Part shown: positions 31,780-42,012 of the stretch, one piece after another
Layout: every line of letters begins with the position of its first letter
How positions within the stretch are numbered: position 1 is the stretch's first letter
NCBI RefSeq assembly: GCF_000006765.1
Contig: NC_002516.2
Source of the DNA: Pseudomonas aeruginosa PAO1
GTDB taxonomy: Bacteria; Pseudomonadota; Gammaproteobacteria; Pseudomonadales; Pseudomonadaceae
Length of the DNA stretch: 64,000 nt
Direction: 5' to 3' (one strand)
Program-made: the position numbers and the translations under genes
Notes under the pieces: model-generated
Told to the model about the DNA's origin: nothing
The model's input: only the letters and a program-made list of their open reading frames with translations
Databases searched by the model: none

Positions 31780-33681
31780 TCAGCGTCCGCGCAGGAAGAG
31801 CTTGTCCAGCTCGTCCAGGCCCAACTGGGTCCAGGTCGGACGCCCATGGTTGCACTGGCCGCTGCGTTCGGTGATTTCCATGTCGCGCAACAGGGCGTTC
31901 ATTTCCGGCAAGGTCAGGCGCCGGTTGGCGCGCACCGCGCCATGGCAGGCCATGGTGCCGAGCAGCTCGTTCAGGTGCGCCTGGATACGGTCACTGGTGC
32001 CGTATTCCAGCAGGTCGGCGATGACATCGCGCACCAACTGGGTCGCCTCCGCCTGCTTGAGCAGCGCAGGGATCTGCCGGATCGCCAGGCTTTCCGGCCC
32101 CAGGCGCTGCAGCTCGAAGCCCAGGCGCTGGAACCAGCTGGAATGCTCTTCCGCGCAATCCGCCTCGCGCTCGCTGACCGCGATCGACTCCGGCACCAGC
32201 AACGGCTGCCCACGCAAGCCTTCGCTGGCCATCGCCACCTTGAGGCGCTCGTAGGTGATCCGCTCGTGGGCCGCGTGCATGTCCACCAGCACCAGGCCGT
32301 GGGCGTTCTCGGCGAGAATGTAGATGCCCTTGAGCTGCGCCAGGGCGTAACCCAGCGGCGGGATGTCCTGGGCACTCTCGGGCAACGCGGCTGGCGCCTC
32401 GCCCGCGGGTAACGGCGCGAAGTAGGCCTTGTAGGCGCCACCGGCCTCGGCCAGAGAGGGCGGCGCCTCCGGCCGGGTATAGGCGGAATAGCCGGAGGAG
32501 CCGCCGGAGGCCGATGAGCCGCCACTCCAGCCCACCCGTGCCGCCGGACTCTCCAGCACGCTCTCGGCCAGGCGCATCTCGCCCTGCGGGCCGAACTCGC
32601 CGGCGGCAGCGCCGGTCGGACGCGGCTCGGTCAGGCTGGTCGCCCCGGGCGGCGCGAGCTGGTCGTCGGGACGGACCTCGCCCAGCGCACGATGCAGGGT
32701 GCCATAGAGGAAGTCATGGACCATCCGGCTGTCACGGAAGCGAACTTCGTGCTTGGTCGGGTGCACGTTGACGTCCACCACCGCCGGATCGACTTCGAAG
32801 AACAGCACGAAGGTCGGATGCCGGCCGTTGTACAGCACGTCGCGATAAGCCTGGCGCACCGCGTGGGCGACCAGCTTGTCGCGCACCATGCGCCCGTTCA
32901 CATAGAAGTACTGCAGGTCCGGCTGGCTGCGGGAGAAGGTCGGCAAGCCGACCCAGCCCCACAGGTGCAGGCCGTTGCGCTCGACCTCGATCGGCAGCGC
33001 CTGCTCGAGGAATGCCTGGCCGCACACCGCGCCGACCCGGCGCGCGCGGGCCAGCTCGTCTCGCGCCTCGTGCAGGGCGAAGATGGTCTTGCCGTTGTGG
33101 CGCAGGTGGAAAGCCACGTCGAAGCGGGCCAGCGCCAGGCGCTTGATGACCTCCTGCAGATGGTCGAACTCGGTCTTCTCGGCACGCAGGAACTTGCGCC
33201 GCGCCGGGGTGTTGAAGAACAGGTCGCGAACCTCGACGCTGGTCCCCACCGGGTGCGCCGCCGGCTGTACCCGCGGCTGCATGTCGCGGCCCTCGGTTTC
33301 CACCTGCCAGGCTTCGCCGGCGTCGGCGGTACGCGAGGTCATGGTCAGGCGCGCTACCGAGCTGATCGAGGCCAGCGCCTCGCCACGGAATCCGAGGCTC
33401 ATCACCCGCTCCAGGTCTTCCAGCTCGCGGATCTTGCTGGTGGCGTGGCGAGCCAGGGCCAGCGGCAGGTCGTCGGCGGGGATGCCGCGACCGTCGTCGC
33501 GCACTCGCAGCAACTTGATGCCGCCCTGCTCGACCTCCACATCAATGCGCCGGGAACCGGCGTCAAGGCTGTTTTCCAGGAGTTCCTTGGCCACCGAGGC
33601 GGGACGCTCGACCACCTCACCGGCGGCGATCTGGTTCGCCAGCCGCGGACTCAGCAGCTGGATACGCGGTGCTTCACTCAT
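31780..33681 (-). CDS. mutL: DNA mismatch repair protein MutL
   Basis: [54 protein letters not shown]. Uninterrupted. Confidence 0.98.
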   Translation of the reverse strand: MSEAPRIQLLSPRLANQIAAGEVVERPASVAKELLENSLDAGSRRIDVEVEQGGIKLLRVRDDGRGIPADDLPLALARHATSKIRELEDLERVMSLGFRGEALASISSVARLTMTSRTADAGEAWQVETEGRDMQPRVQPAAHPVGTSVEVRDLFFNTPARRKFLRAEKTEFDHLQEVIKRLALARFDVAFHLRHNGKTIFALHEARDELARARRVGAVCGQAFLEQALPIEVERNGLHLWGWVGLPTFSRSQPDLQYFYVNGRMVRDKLVAHAVRQAYRDVLYNGRHPTFVLFFEVDPAVVDVNVHPTKHEVRFRDSRMVHDFLYGTLHRALGEVRPDDQLAPPGATSLTEPRPTGAAAGEFGPQGEMRLAESVLESPAARVGWSGGSSASGGSSGYSAYTRPEAPPSLAEAGGAYKAYFAPLPAGEAPAALPESAQDIPPLGYALAQLKGIYILAENAHGLVLVDMHAAHERITYERLKVAMASEGLRGQPLLVPESIAVSEREADCAEEHSSWFQRLGFELQRLGPESLAIRQIPALLKQAEATQLVRDVIADLLEYGTSDRIQAHLNELLGTMACHGAVRANRRLTLPEMNALLRDMEITERSGQCNHGRPTWTQLGLDELDKLFLRGR

Positions 33682-35108
33682 CACTGGGCCGCCAGGGCGG
33701 TGCTCGGGATGGACAGGGCCTGGCCGACTTTCAGGTTGTCGCTGGACAGGCTGTTGCTGCTACGCAGCGCGGCCATGCTCACTTCATAGCGCTGGGCGAT
33801 CATCGCCAGGGTCTCTCCGGGCCGCACCACGTGCTCGCGCGGCCCCATGGAGAGCTTGCCCTGGGCGCGCAAAGAGGCGATGTAGGTGCCGGGCGGCGGG
33901 CTCTGCTGGAAATACTGGCGGATGCCGCTGGTGATCGAACGCGCCAAAGCCTGCTGATGGCTGGCGCTAGCCAGCTTGCGCGACTCGTTGACGTTCGAGA
34001 TGAAGCCGGTTTCCACCAGGATCGATGGGATGTCCGGCGACTTCAGCACCATGAACCCGGCCTGCTCGACACGACGCTTGTGCAGCGAAGTGATGCGGCC
34101 GACATTGGTCAGTACCTTGTGGCCGACATCCAGGCTCGACGAGAGGGTGGCGGTCATCGACAGGTCGAGCAGCACGCCGGCGAGCATCTGGTCCTTGTCG
34201 CCGAGGCTGACGCTGCCATCGCCGCCGATCAGGTCGGAACGGTTCTCGCTGTCGGCCAGCCAGCGCGCGGTTTCCGAAGTGGCGCCGCGGTCGGACAGGG
34301 CGAACACCGAGGCACCGAAGGCGCTGCGGCTCGGCGCGGCGTCGGCATGGATCGAGACGAACAGGTCGGCGCCCTTCTTGCGGGCGATCTCGGTGCGCTT
34401 GCGCAGCGGGATGAAATAGTCGCCGGTACGGGTCAGCTCGGCCCGGTAACCGCGCACCTGGTTGATCTGGCGTTGCAGCTCGCGAGCGATCGACAGGGTG
34501 ATGTTCTTCTCGTGCAACCCGCCCGGGCCAAGGGCGCCAGGGTCTTCACCGCCGTGGCCGGCGTCGATGGCGATGACGATATCGCGGGTGCCGCCCTTGG
34601 TTGGCAGCGGCAGCTTGGCCACCGGCTGGGTCGGCGTCACCGGGGTGACCGGCACGCTCGGGGTCGGCGTCGCGGGCACGTCCGGGGTCAGGTCGGCGCC
34701 CTGGTCGTAGAGATCGACCACCAGGCGGTTGCCGTATTGCTGGTTGGGCGGCAGGACGAAGCTTTTCGGGGTGACCTGCGCCGACAGGTCGAGGACCATG
34801 CGCAGGTCGTTGGGCGTGCGCTGGGCGGAGCGCACCGCGGTGATCGGAGTGTTGCCGAGCTTGAGACCGTTGAGCTGGGTCGCCAGTTGGGCGCCGCTGA
34901 CGTCGATGACGATACGGTTGGGAGCGGCCAGGGTGAACAGGCTGTGCTGCACCGGACCGGAGAGATCGAAGACCAGACGGGTGTTGTCCGGAGCGCGCCA
35001 GATCCGCACGCTCTTGATTTGCGCGGCGGCCAGAACCTCGCCGACCTGGCAGGCCAGCAGAATCATCACCCCAGTCAACAACGTCCGCAGACGCAAGCCC
35101 CAACCCAT
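33681..35108 (-). CDS. amiB: N-acetylmuramoyl-L-alanine amidase AmiB (AMIN + amidase_3 + LysM)
   Basis: Signal peptide, [29 protein letters not shown]-terminal LysM. Alternative ATG at 35120. Confidence 0.93.
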   Translation of the reverse strand: MGWGLRLRTLLTGVMILLACQVGEVLAAAQIKSVRIWRAPDNTRLVFDLSGPVQHSLFTLAAPNRIVIDVSGAQLATQLNGLKLGNTPITAVRSAQRTPNDLRMVLDLSAQVTPKSFVLPPNQQYGNRLVVDLYDQGADLTPDVPATPTPSVPVTPVTPTQPVAKLPLPTKGGTRDIVIAIDAGHGGEDPGALGPGGLHEKNITLSIARELQRQINQVRGYRAELTRTGDYFIPLRKRTEIARKKGADLFVSIHADAAPSRSAFGASVFALSDRGATSETARWLADSENRSDLIGGDGSVSLGDKDQMLAGVLLDLSMTATLSSSLDVGHKVLTNVGRITSLHKRRVEQAGFMVLKSPDIPSILVETGFISNVNESRKLASASHQQALARSITSGIRQYFQQSPPPGTYIASLRAQGKLSMGPREHVVRPGETLAMIAQRYEVSMAALRSSNSLSSDNLKVGQALSIPSTALAAQ

Positions 35109-35116
35109 CGTTTTTC

Positions 35117-35584
35117 TCATGCTCCCATGGTCAGGGTGGCACACCAGGCTTCGCCCCGCGCACCGTGCGGTACCAGGCGCAGTGTCCGTCCACCCGCTTG
35201 GGCAGTAATGGTAATGTCCAGATCGGCGGTTGGCAAAACGCCCGCACCGCGCTCGGGCCACTCGATCAGACAGAGTGCGCTGCCGTCGAAATAGTCGCGG
35301 ATGCCGAAGAACTCCAATTCCTCCGCATCGGCGAGCCGGTACAGGTCGAAATGGTAGGCGCGCAGCTCGCCGATTTCGTAAGGCTCGACCAGGGTAAAGG
35401 TCGGGCTTTTCACCGAGCCGGCATGGCCGAGGCCGCGCAGGATGCCGCGCGAGAGGGTGGTCTTGCCGGCGCCGAGGTCGCCATGCAGGTAGATCACCCC
35501 CTGCCCCCCGCTGGCCCGGGCGATGCGCCCGCCCAGTTCGAGCATCGCGTCTTCCCCTTCGGCGGACAGGATCACTTCAGACAC
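35117..35584 (-). CDS. tsaE: tRNA t6A biosynthesis ATPase TsaE (GTG start)
   Basis: [33 protein letters not shown]. Confidence 0.95.
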   Translation of the reverse strand: MSEVILSAEGEDAMLELGGRIARASGGQGVIYLHGDLGAGKTTLSRGILRGLGHAGSVKSPTFTLVEPYEIGELRAYHFDLYRLADAEELEFFGIRDYFDGSALCLIEWPERGAGVLPTADLDITITAQAGGRTLRLVPHGARGEAWCATLTMGA

Positions 35585-37080
35585 GGACTGCACTCCTCGA
35601 GCAACTGACGAACGGTAGGTATGAGATCGGTCGCCGCCAGCCCACGACCCTGGGCGCCGAGCCGCTCACCGGCGGCGGCATGCAGCCAGACCGCCAGGCA
35701 GGCCGCCTCGAACGCCTCCACGCGCTGGGCCAGCAAGGCACCGGTGATGCCCGACAGCACGTCACCCAGGCCGGCACCAGCCATCGCCGGATGCCCCTGG
35801 GAACAGACGGCAAGTCGTCCGTCGGGCGCGGCGACCAGGCTGCCGGCGCCCTTCAGCACCACCACCGCCTGGTAGCGACGCGCCAGTTCCAGCGCCGCCG
35901 CCGGGCGATCCGCCTGCACCTCGGCGGTCGAGCGACCCAACAGGCGCGCGGCCTCGCCGGGATGCGGCGTCAGAATCCATGTCCGCGGCCCTGCTCCGAC
36001 CGGTTCCAGGGCCAGCAGGTTCAACGCGTCGGCATCCCAGACCTGCGGCAACGGTCGCGACCGGACAGCGCTCAGCAGGCTACGCCCCCAGGCGCGCTGG
36101 CCAAGACCGGGACCGAGCACCAGCACGCTGGCGCGTTCGGCAAGGGCCAGCAGTTGGTTCGCCGACGCCACGCCATGGGCCATGACCTCGGGACAACGGC
36201 TCAGCAACGCCGGCACATGTTCGACGCGGGTCGCCGCCGAGACCAGCCCGGCGCCGCAGCGCAGGGCGCTTTCCGCGGCCAGTAGCACGGCCCCGCCCAT
36301 GCCGGTGTCGCCGCCGACCACCAGCAGGTGGCCGAACAGCCCCTTGTGCGCGGTCCGCGGCCGCGCTGCCAGACTCGGCAGGGCATTTCGTGCCAAACGG
36401 TGGGCCCGGGGCTGGAGCCCTTGCAACACGACGGCGTCGCTGCCGAGTTCGTCGAACACCAGCTCGCCGACCCGTGCCGGCGCCTCGCCAGTGAACAGCC
36501 CGATCTTCAGGCCGATGAAAGTCACTGTCAGATCCGCCCTGATCGCTTCCCCCAATACCGCACCGGTGTCGGCGCTCAAGCCGGAAGGAATATCCACCGC
36601 CAGCACCGGCAGGTCGGCGGCGTTGGCCAGGCGGATGGCCTGCGCAAAGGGCTCGCGCACGGCACCTGCCAGGCCGGTGCCGAGCAATGCATCCACTACT
36701 ACGCCCTCGAGCACGGCGCACTCGCTCCAGGGCTCCACCACGACCCCGGTCGCCAGCGCGGCGGCATGCGCCTGCGCCGCGTCGCCGGCAAGCCGCTGCG
36801 GCGCCGCGACCGCCAGCACCCGCACTCGCCAACCCGCACGTTGCGCCAGCGCCGCGATCAGGTAGCCGTCGCCGGCATTGTTGCCGTGCCCGGCGAGCAC
36901 CGTCAGCGCCGCGGCCTCCGGCCAACGGCGGCGCAAGGCACGCCAGGCGGCGTGGGCGGCGCGCTGCATGAGTTCGAAGCCCGGCGTGCCGGCGGCGATC
37001 AGGCGCGCATCGAGGTCGCGCACCTGGGCGGCGGAATAGAGGGCGAGTGGCAGGTCGTCGTGCTGGAAGGTCATGGTCAT
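35572..37080 (-). CDS. nnr: Bifunctional NAD(P)HX epimerase/dehydratase
   Basis: [51 protein letters not shown]. Confidence 0.95.
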   Translation of the reverse strand: MTMTFQHDDLPLALYSAAQVRDLDARLIAAGTPGFELMQRAAHAAWRALRRRWPEAAALTVLAGHGNNAGDGYLIAALAQRAGWRVRVLAVAAPQRLAGDAAQAHAAALATGVVVEPWSECAVLEGVVVDALLGTGLAGAVREPFAQAIRLANAADLPVLAVDIPSGLSADTGAVLGEAIRADLTVTFIGLKIGLFTGEAPARVGELVFDELGSDAVVLQGLQPRAHRLARNALPSLAARPRTAHKGLFGHLLVVGGDTGMGGAVLLAAESALRCGAGLVSAATRVEHVPALLSRCPEVMAHGVASANQLLALAERASVLVLGPGLGQRAWGRSLLSAVRSRPLPQVWDADALNLLALEPVGAGPRTWILTPHPGEAARLLGRSTAEVQADRPAAALELARRYQAVVVLKGAGSLVAAPDGRLAVCSQGHPAMAGAGLGDVLSGITGALLAQRVEAFEAACLAVWLHAAAGERLGAQGRGLAATDLIPTVRQLLEECSPCLK

Positions 37081-37161
37081 CGGATCGATTCGGCGTCAGG
37101 CGCGCAGTCTGGCAGAATTATACCTATCCCATTTCGCTTTCCCTCGTCTTCGTTGCCTCCC

Positions 37162-38247
37162 ATGACTCCCCAGCCTCTGGCCGACAACCTTTCCCCGCCG
37201 GACCCCGCCCGCCTCGCCCAGTCCATCAAGGACTGGGGCCGCGAGCTGGGGTTCCAGCAGGTCGGTATCAGCGACGTCGAGCTGGGCGAGCACGAAGCGC
37301 ACCTGCAGCGCTGGCTGGAGGCCGGCTACCACGGCGAGATGGACTACATGGCGGCGCACGGCAGCAAGCGCTCGCGACCTGCCGAGCTGGTTCCCGGCAC
37401 GCTGCGGGTGATCTCTCTGCGCATGGATTACCTGCCCGGCGACACGCGCATGGCGCAGGTCCTCGCGACGCCGGAAAAAGCCTACGTCTCGCGCTACGCC
37501 CTCGGCCGCGACTACCACAAGCTGATCCGCAAGCGTCTGCAACAACTGGCCGAGCGCATCCAGGCCGAAGTCGGCCCGTTCGGTTTCCGCGCCTTCGTTG
37601 ACAGCGCGCCGGTGCTGGAAAAGGCCATCGCCGAACAGGCCGGCCTCGGCTGGATCGGCAAGAACACGCTGGTGCTCAACCGCAAGGCCGGCAGCTACTT
37701 CTTCCTCGGCGAGCTGTTCGTCGACATGCCGCTACCCGTCGACCCGGCGATGGACAGCGAGCATTGCGGACGCTGCTCGGCCTGCCTGGACATCTGCCCG
37801 ACCGCGGCCTTCGTCGGCCCCTACCGGCTGGACGCGCGACGCTGCATCTCCTACCTGACCATCGAGTACAAGGGCGCGATTCCGCTGGAGCTGCGACCAC
37901 TGATCGGCAACCGGGTATTCGGCTGCGACGACTGCCAGATCGTCTGCCCATGGAATCGCTTCGCCCGCCCCACCGGGCAGGGCGACTTCCAGCCGCGCCA
38001 CAGCCTGGACAACGCCGAACTCGCCGAACTGTTCCTCTGGAGCGAGGAGGAGTTCCTCGGCCGCACCGAGGGTTCGCCGCTGCGCCGCGCCGGCTACGAG
38101 CGCTGGTTGCGCAACCTGGCGGTGGGGCTGGGCAACGCGCCCTCGACCATCCCGGTGCTGGAGGCGCTGAAGGCGCGCCGCGGGTTCCCTTCGGAGCTGG
38201 TCCGCGAGCACGTGGAATGGGCCCTGCGGCGCCACGGGGAAACCTAG
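37162..38247 (+). CDS. queG: Epoxyqueuosine reductase
   Basis: YALGRDYH, VDSAPVLEK, GWIGKN, CGRCSACLDICP, GCDDCQIVCPW. Confidence 0.96.
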   Translation: MTPQPLADNLSPPDPARLAQSIKDWGRELGFQQVGISDVELGEHEAHLQRWLEAGYHGEMDYMAAHGSKRSRPAELVPGTLRVISLRMDYLPGDTRMAQVLATPEKAYVSRYALGRDYHKLIRKRLQQLAERIQAEVGPFGFRAFVDSAPVLEKAIAEQAGLGWIGKNTLVLNRKAGSYFFLGELFVDMPLPVDPAMDSEHCGRCSACLDICPTAAFVGPYRLDARRCISYLTIEYKGAIPLELRPLIGNRVFGCDDCQIVCPWNRFARPTGQGDFQPRHSLDNAELAELFLWSEEEFLGRTEGSPLRRAGYERWLRNLAVGLGNAPSTIPVLEALKARRGFPSELVREHVEWALRRHGET

Positions 38248-38280
38248 CCCGGCCGGCGCCTGCCGCCCGGTCCGGACGGA

Positions 38281-38823
38281 TCAGAGCTTGATGAAGTGGT
38301 CGCGGTAGTGGCGCAGCTCGGCGATCGACTCGCGGATATCGTCCAGCGCCAGGTGGGTGTTGCCCTTCTTGAAGCTCTCGCGGACCTGCGGCGCCCAGCG
38401 CGCGGCCAGCTCCTTGAGGGTGGAGACGTCGAGGTTGCGGTAGTGGAAGTAGCCTTCCAGCCTGGGCATGTGCCTATAGAGGAAGCGGCGGTCCTGGCAG
38501 ATGCTGTTGCCGCAGATCGGAGAGCTGCGCTTGGGCACCCACTGCTCGAGGAAGGCCAGGGTCTGCGCCTCGGCCTCGGCCATGCTCACGGTACTTTCCC
38601 GAACCCTCTGGGTCAGGCCGGACTGGCCGTGCTGGCGGGTATTCCACTCGTCCATGCCGGCGAGGATTTCCTCTGGCTGGTGGATGGCGATCACCGGTCC
38701 TTCGGCCAGGGTGTTGAGGTCACTGTCGGTGACGATGGTGGCCATCTCGATGATGACGTCCCGGTCCGGATCGAGGCCGGTCATCTCCAGGTCGATCCAG
38801 ATAAGGTTCTGCGGGTTCTGCAT
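38281..38823 (-). CDS. orn: Oligoribonuclease (degrades pGpG)
   Basis: [31 protein letters not shown]. Confidence 0.98.
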   Translation of the reverse strand: MQNPQNLIWIDLEMTGLDPDRDVIIEMATIVTDSDLNTLAEGPVIAIHQPEEILAGMDEWNTRQHGQSGLTQRVRESTVSMAEAEAQTLAFLEQWVPKRSSPICGNSICQDRRFLYRHMPRLEGYFHYRNLDVSTLKELAARWAPQVRESFKKGNTHLALDDIRESIAELRHYRDHFIKL

Positions 38824-38897
38824 GGGGAGTTGCTCCAGTCGCTATGCCGTGCATTCTAGCGTGGAACGCCGCCGCGCGAATGATGGCGGCGCGCCCA

Positions 38898-38906
38898 TGT
38901 TAAACT
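38898..38906 (+). promoter_or_regulatory. Extended -10 promoter candidate for rsgA
   Basis: TGT-TAAACT, 28 nt upstream of the ATG. Confidence 0.45.
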
Positions 38907-38934
38907 CGCCGCCGATTTTTCATGCGGACGCATC

Positions 38935-39954
38935 ATGGCCAAACGCCACTTGACCCGCCGGCAGAGCTGGCGCATCGAAAAGATCCAGGAAGAACGCGCG
39001 GCCCGGGCGGCCCGTCGCGAGTCGCGTGCCGTGGAAGAGCTGGAGGGCGGCGACCTGGGACCGGAGCAGACCGGCCAGGTGATCGCTCATTTCGGGGTTC
39101 AGGTAGAGGTCGAGTCCGCCGACGGCCAGGTTTCCCGCTGTCACCTGCGCGCCAACCTGCCGGCACTGGTGACTGGCGACCAGGTGGTCTGGCGCGCCGG
39201 CAACCAGGGCATCGGCGTGATCGTCGCGCAATTGCCGCGCCGCTCCGAGCTGTGCCGCCCGGACATGCGCGGGCTGCTCAAGCCGGTGGCGGCCAACGTC
39301 GACCGCATCGTCATCGTCTTCGCCCCGCGTCCCGAACCGCACGCCAACCTGATCGACCGCTACCTGATCGCCGCCGAACATGCCGGCATCCAGCCGCTGC
39401 TGCTGCTGAACAAGGCCGACCTGGTCGACGAGAGCAATGCCGAAGGCATCGATGCGCTGCTGAATGTCTACCGCACCCTGGGTTACCCGCTGATCGAGGT
39501 GTCGGCCTTCAATGGCCTGGCGATGGACGAACTGCGCGGCGCGCTGGACGGTCACGTGAGCGTCTTCGTCGGGCAGTCCGGGGTGGGCAAGTCGTCGCTG
39601 GTGAATGCCTTGTTGCCAGGTGTCGACACACGTGTCGGCGACCTCTCCACGGTGACCGGCAAGGGCACCCATACCACCACCACCGCGCGACTGTTCCATT
39701 TTCCCGGCGGCGGCGACCTGATCGACTCGCCCGGCATCCGTGAGTTCGGCCTGGGGCACGTGTCGCGAGACGATGTCGAGGCCGGTTTCATCGAGTTCCG
39801 CGACCTGCTCGGACATTGCCGCTTCCGCGACTGCAAGCACGACCGTGAACCAGGTTGCGCCCTGCTCCAGGCTTTGGAGGACGGGCGCATCATGCCGCAA
39901 CGCATGGCCAGCTACCGGCACATTCTGGCAAGCATGCCGGAAACGGACTACTGA
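38935..39954 (+). CDS. rsgA: Small-subunit biogenesis GTPase RsgA
   Basis: [42 protein letters not shown] zinc finger. Confidence 0.97.
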   Translation: MAKRHLTRRQSWRIEKIQEERAARAARRESRAVEELEGGDLGPEQTGQVIAHFGVQVEVESADGQVSRCHLRANLPALVTGDQVVWRAGNQGIGVIVAQLPRRSELCRPDMRGLLKPVAANVDRIVIVFAPRPEPHANLIDRYLIAAEHAGIQPLLLLNKADLVDESNAEGIDALLNVYRTLGYPLIEVSAFNGLAMDELRGALDGHVSVFVGQSGVGKSSLVNALLPGVDTRVGDLSTVTGKGTHTTTTARLFHFPGGGDLIDSPGIREFGLGHVSRDDVEAGFIEFRDLLGHCRFRDCKHDREPGCALLQALEDGRIMPQRMASYRHILASMPETDY

Positions 39955-39957
39955 ACC

Positions 39958-41001
39958 TCAGTCGCCCTTGATCTGCTCCAGCTTCAGGCTGCCGCCGTCG
40001 TCGAACAGGTTGAGCTTCTTCTGCACCTCGTCCGCCGGTAGCGAAGGTTGCGCGCCCGCCGCCGGTGCCTCGGCAGCCGGCTTCGGCTGCTCGCCCGGGG
40101 CAGCCGCGGGGGCGCTGGCTTCGGGAGCGCCGGTCTCGCCTTCGATGGCCTTCTGCGCCTTGCGGGTCAGGACCACGATGTCGATCCGCCGGTTCACCGG
40201 GTTCAGCGGGTCCTTGTCGTCGAACAGGCGTGCCGAGGCATAGCCGACAACCTGGGCGATCTGCCCTTCCGGATAGCCGCCGGCGACCAGTGCTCGGCGC
40301 GCGGCGTTGGCGCGATTGGCCGATAGCTCCCAGTTGCCGAAGTCGCCGTTGCCGGCATAGGGCTTGGCGTCGGTGTGGCCGCTGATGCTGATCTTGTTCG
40401 GCACCTGGCGGATGGTCTCGGCCATGGCCAGCAGGATGTCCTCGAAATACGGCTGCAGGCGCGCGCTGCCGAGGTCGAACATCGGCCGGTTGGCGGCGTC
40501 GACGATCTGGATGCGCAGGCCGTCGCGGGTGATCTCGAAGTGGATCTGGTCCTTGAAGTCCTTGAGCATCGGATTTTCGTCGACCTTGTTCTGCAACTCC
40601 TGCAGCAGCAGCGCCAGACGCTCTCGCTCAACCTGCTCGGCGAGGTTCTCGGCCTGATCGGCGTTGACCTGGTGGTCCTGCTCGGGGCTGATCCGGCTTT
40701 CGTTGGAGTCCGGCTGGGCCTGAACCTGCGGATTGAGGGTCTTGTCCGGCGCCGGCGTCGGCGTGCCGCCGAGGTCGATGACGTAGGGGCTGGCGCTTTC
40801 GCTGAAACCGATGGGGTCCTGGAAGTATCCGGAAATCGCCTTCTTCTGCTCCGGGGTGGCCGAAGACAGCAGCCAGAGCACCAGGAAGAACGCCATCATC
40901 GCCGTGGCGAAGTCGGCGAAGGCGATCTTCCACGAGCCGCCGTGGTGGCCGGCGGCATAGCGCTTGACGCGCTTGACGATGATCGGCTGGTTATTGTCCA
41001 T
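39958..41001 (-). CDS. motB: Flagellar stator protein MotB
   Basis: HHGGSWKIAFADFATAMMAFFLVLWL, OmpA-like SGHTDA, NWELSANRA, NRRIDI. Confidence 0.97.
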   Translation of the reverse strand: MDNNQPIIVKRVKRYAAGHHGGSWKIAFADFATAMMAFFLVLWLLSSATPEQKKAISGYFQDPIGFSESASPYVIDLGGTPTPAPDKTLNPQVQAQPDSNESRISPEQDHQVNADQAENLAEQVERERLALLLQELQNKVDENPMLKDFKDQIHFEITRDGLRIQIVDAANRPMFDLGSARLQPYFEDILLAMAETIRQVPNKISISGHTDAKPYAGNGDFGNWELSANRANAARRALVAGGYPEGQIAQVVGYASARLFDDKDPLNPVNRRIDIVVLTRKAQKAIEGETGAPEASAPAAAPGEQPKPAAEAPAAGAQPSLPADEVQKKLNLFDDGGSLKLEQIKGD

Positions 41002-41020
41002 CTATCGACAGTACCTCCAC

Positions 41021-41872
41021 TCAGCGGCCGCGCACGGCCTGCTCGAGCTCGGCGAAGGTCGGCCGATGGGCGGGCAGCAGCACCTTGCGGCCGAACTCGA
41101 CGGCCAGCGAAGGCGGCATGCCGGAAGCGGAAGCGACCAGGCAGGCCTTGATCGCCTCGAACAGGTTCAACTCTTCCTTGGCATCGTGCTCCAGGGCGCC
41201 CGCCAGCGGGCCGACGAAGCCGTAGGCGGCGAGAATCCCGAGGAAGGTGCCCACCAGGGCGGCGGCGACGTGGTGGCCGATCTCCGCCTGGCTGCCTTCG
41301 CCAAGCAACGCCATGGTGATGACGATGCCGAGTACCGCGGCGACGATACCGAAGCCCGGCAGGGCGTCGGCGACCTTGGTCACCGCGTGGGACGGATGCT
41401 CCAGGTCCTCCTTGAGACTGGACAGCTCCATGTCGAACAGGCCTTCCAGCTCGTGCGGCGCCATGTTGCCGGAGGACATGATGCGCAGGTAGTCGCAGAC
41501 ATAGGCGGTCATCCGCTCATCCTTCAGCACACCGGGGTACTTGCTGAAGATGGGGCTGGCCGCGGGGTCTTCGATGTCCGCCTCGATCGCCATCATCCCT
41601 TCGCGCCGGCTCTTGTTGAGGATCTCGTAGAGCATGCCCAGCACCTCGAGGTAGTAGGTCTGGGTGAAGCGGTTGCTGAACATCTTCGGCGCTTTCTTCA
41701 GCACCACCATGAACGTGCTGCCCGGGTTGGACTGGAGGAACGCCCCCAGTGCCGCGCCACCGATGATCAGGACCTCGAAGGGCTGGATGATGGCGCCGAT
41801 CTTGCCGCCGGAGAGCAGGAAGCCCCCGAGGACACTGGCGAAAACGACGATGATGCCGATGATTTTTGACAT
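41021..41872 (-). CDS. motA: Flagellar stator protein MotA
   Basis: QPFEVLIIGGAA, RREGMMAIE, LPGFGIVAAVLG, ALVGTFLG, EFGRK. Confidence 0.97.
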   Translation of the reverse strand: MSKIIGIIVVFASVLGGFLLSGGKIGAIIQPFEVLIIGGAALGAFLQSNPGSTFMVVLKKAPKMFSNRFTQTYYLEVLGMLYEILNKSRREGMMAIEADIEDPAASPIFSKYPGVLKDERMTAYVCDYLRIMSSGNMAPHELEGLFDMELSSLKEDLEHPSHAVTKVADALPGFGIVAAVLGIVITMALLGEGSQAEIGHHVAAALVGTFLGILAAYGFVGPLAGALEHDAKEELNLFEAIKACLVASASGMPPSLAVEFGRKVLLPAHRPTFAELEQAVRGR

Positions 41873-41930
41873 GAGGACCGGACGTGCGAAATGAACAGGA
41901 TAAGGAGGGGGACTGCTAGGCTCCCTCTTG

Positions 41931-41957
41931 TTATCGGTTGCTAGCCGCAAGACTATA
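41931..41957 (-). promoter_or_regulatory. Sigma28 (FliA) promoter for motAB
   Basis: Minus strand TATAGTCT-N11-ACCGATAA against consensus TAAAGTTT-N11-GCCGATAA (6/8 and 7/8). Confidence 0.65.
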
Positions 41958-42012
41958 GTCCGAATACTCGAAAAGCCAGTTCGCCGCCTCGCCGACACCG
42001 AGCCCGACACCC

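Noticed and set aside
36328-37161. 278-codon N-terminal extension of the queG ORF
   Set aside because: It is antisense to nnr. QueG homology begins near ATG 37162.
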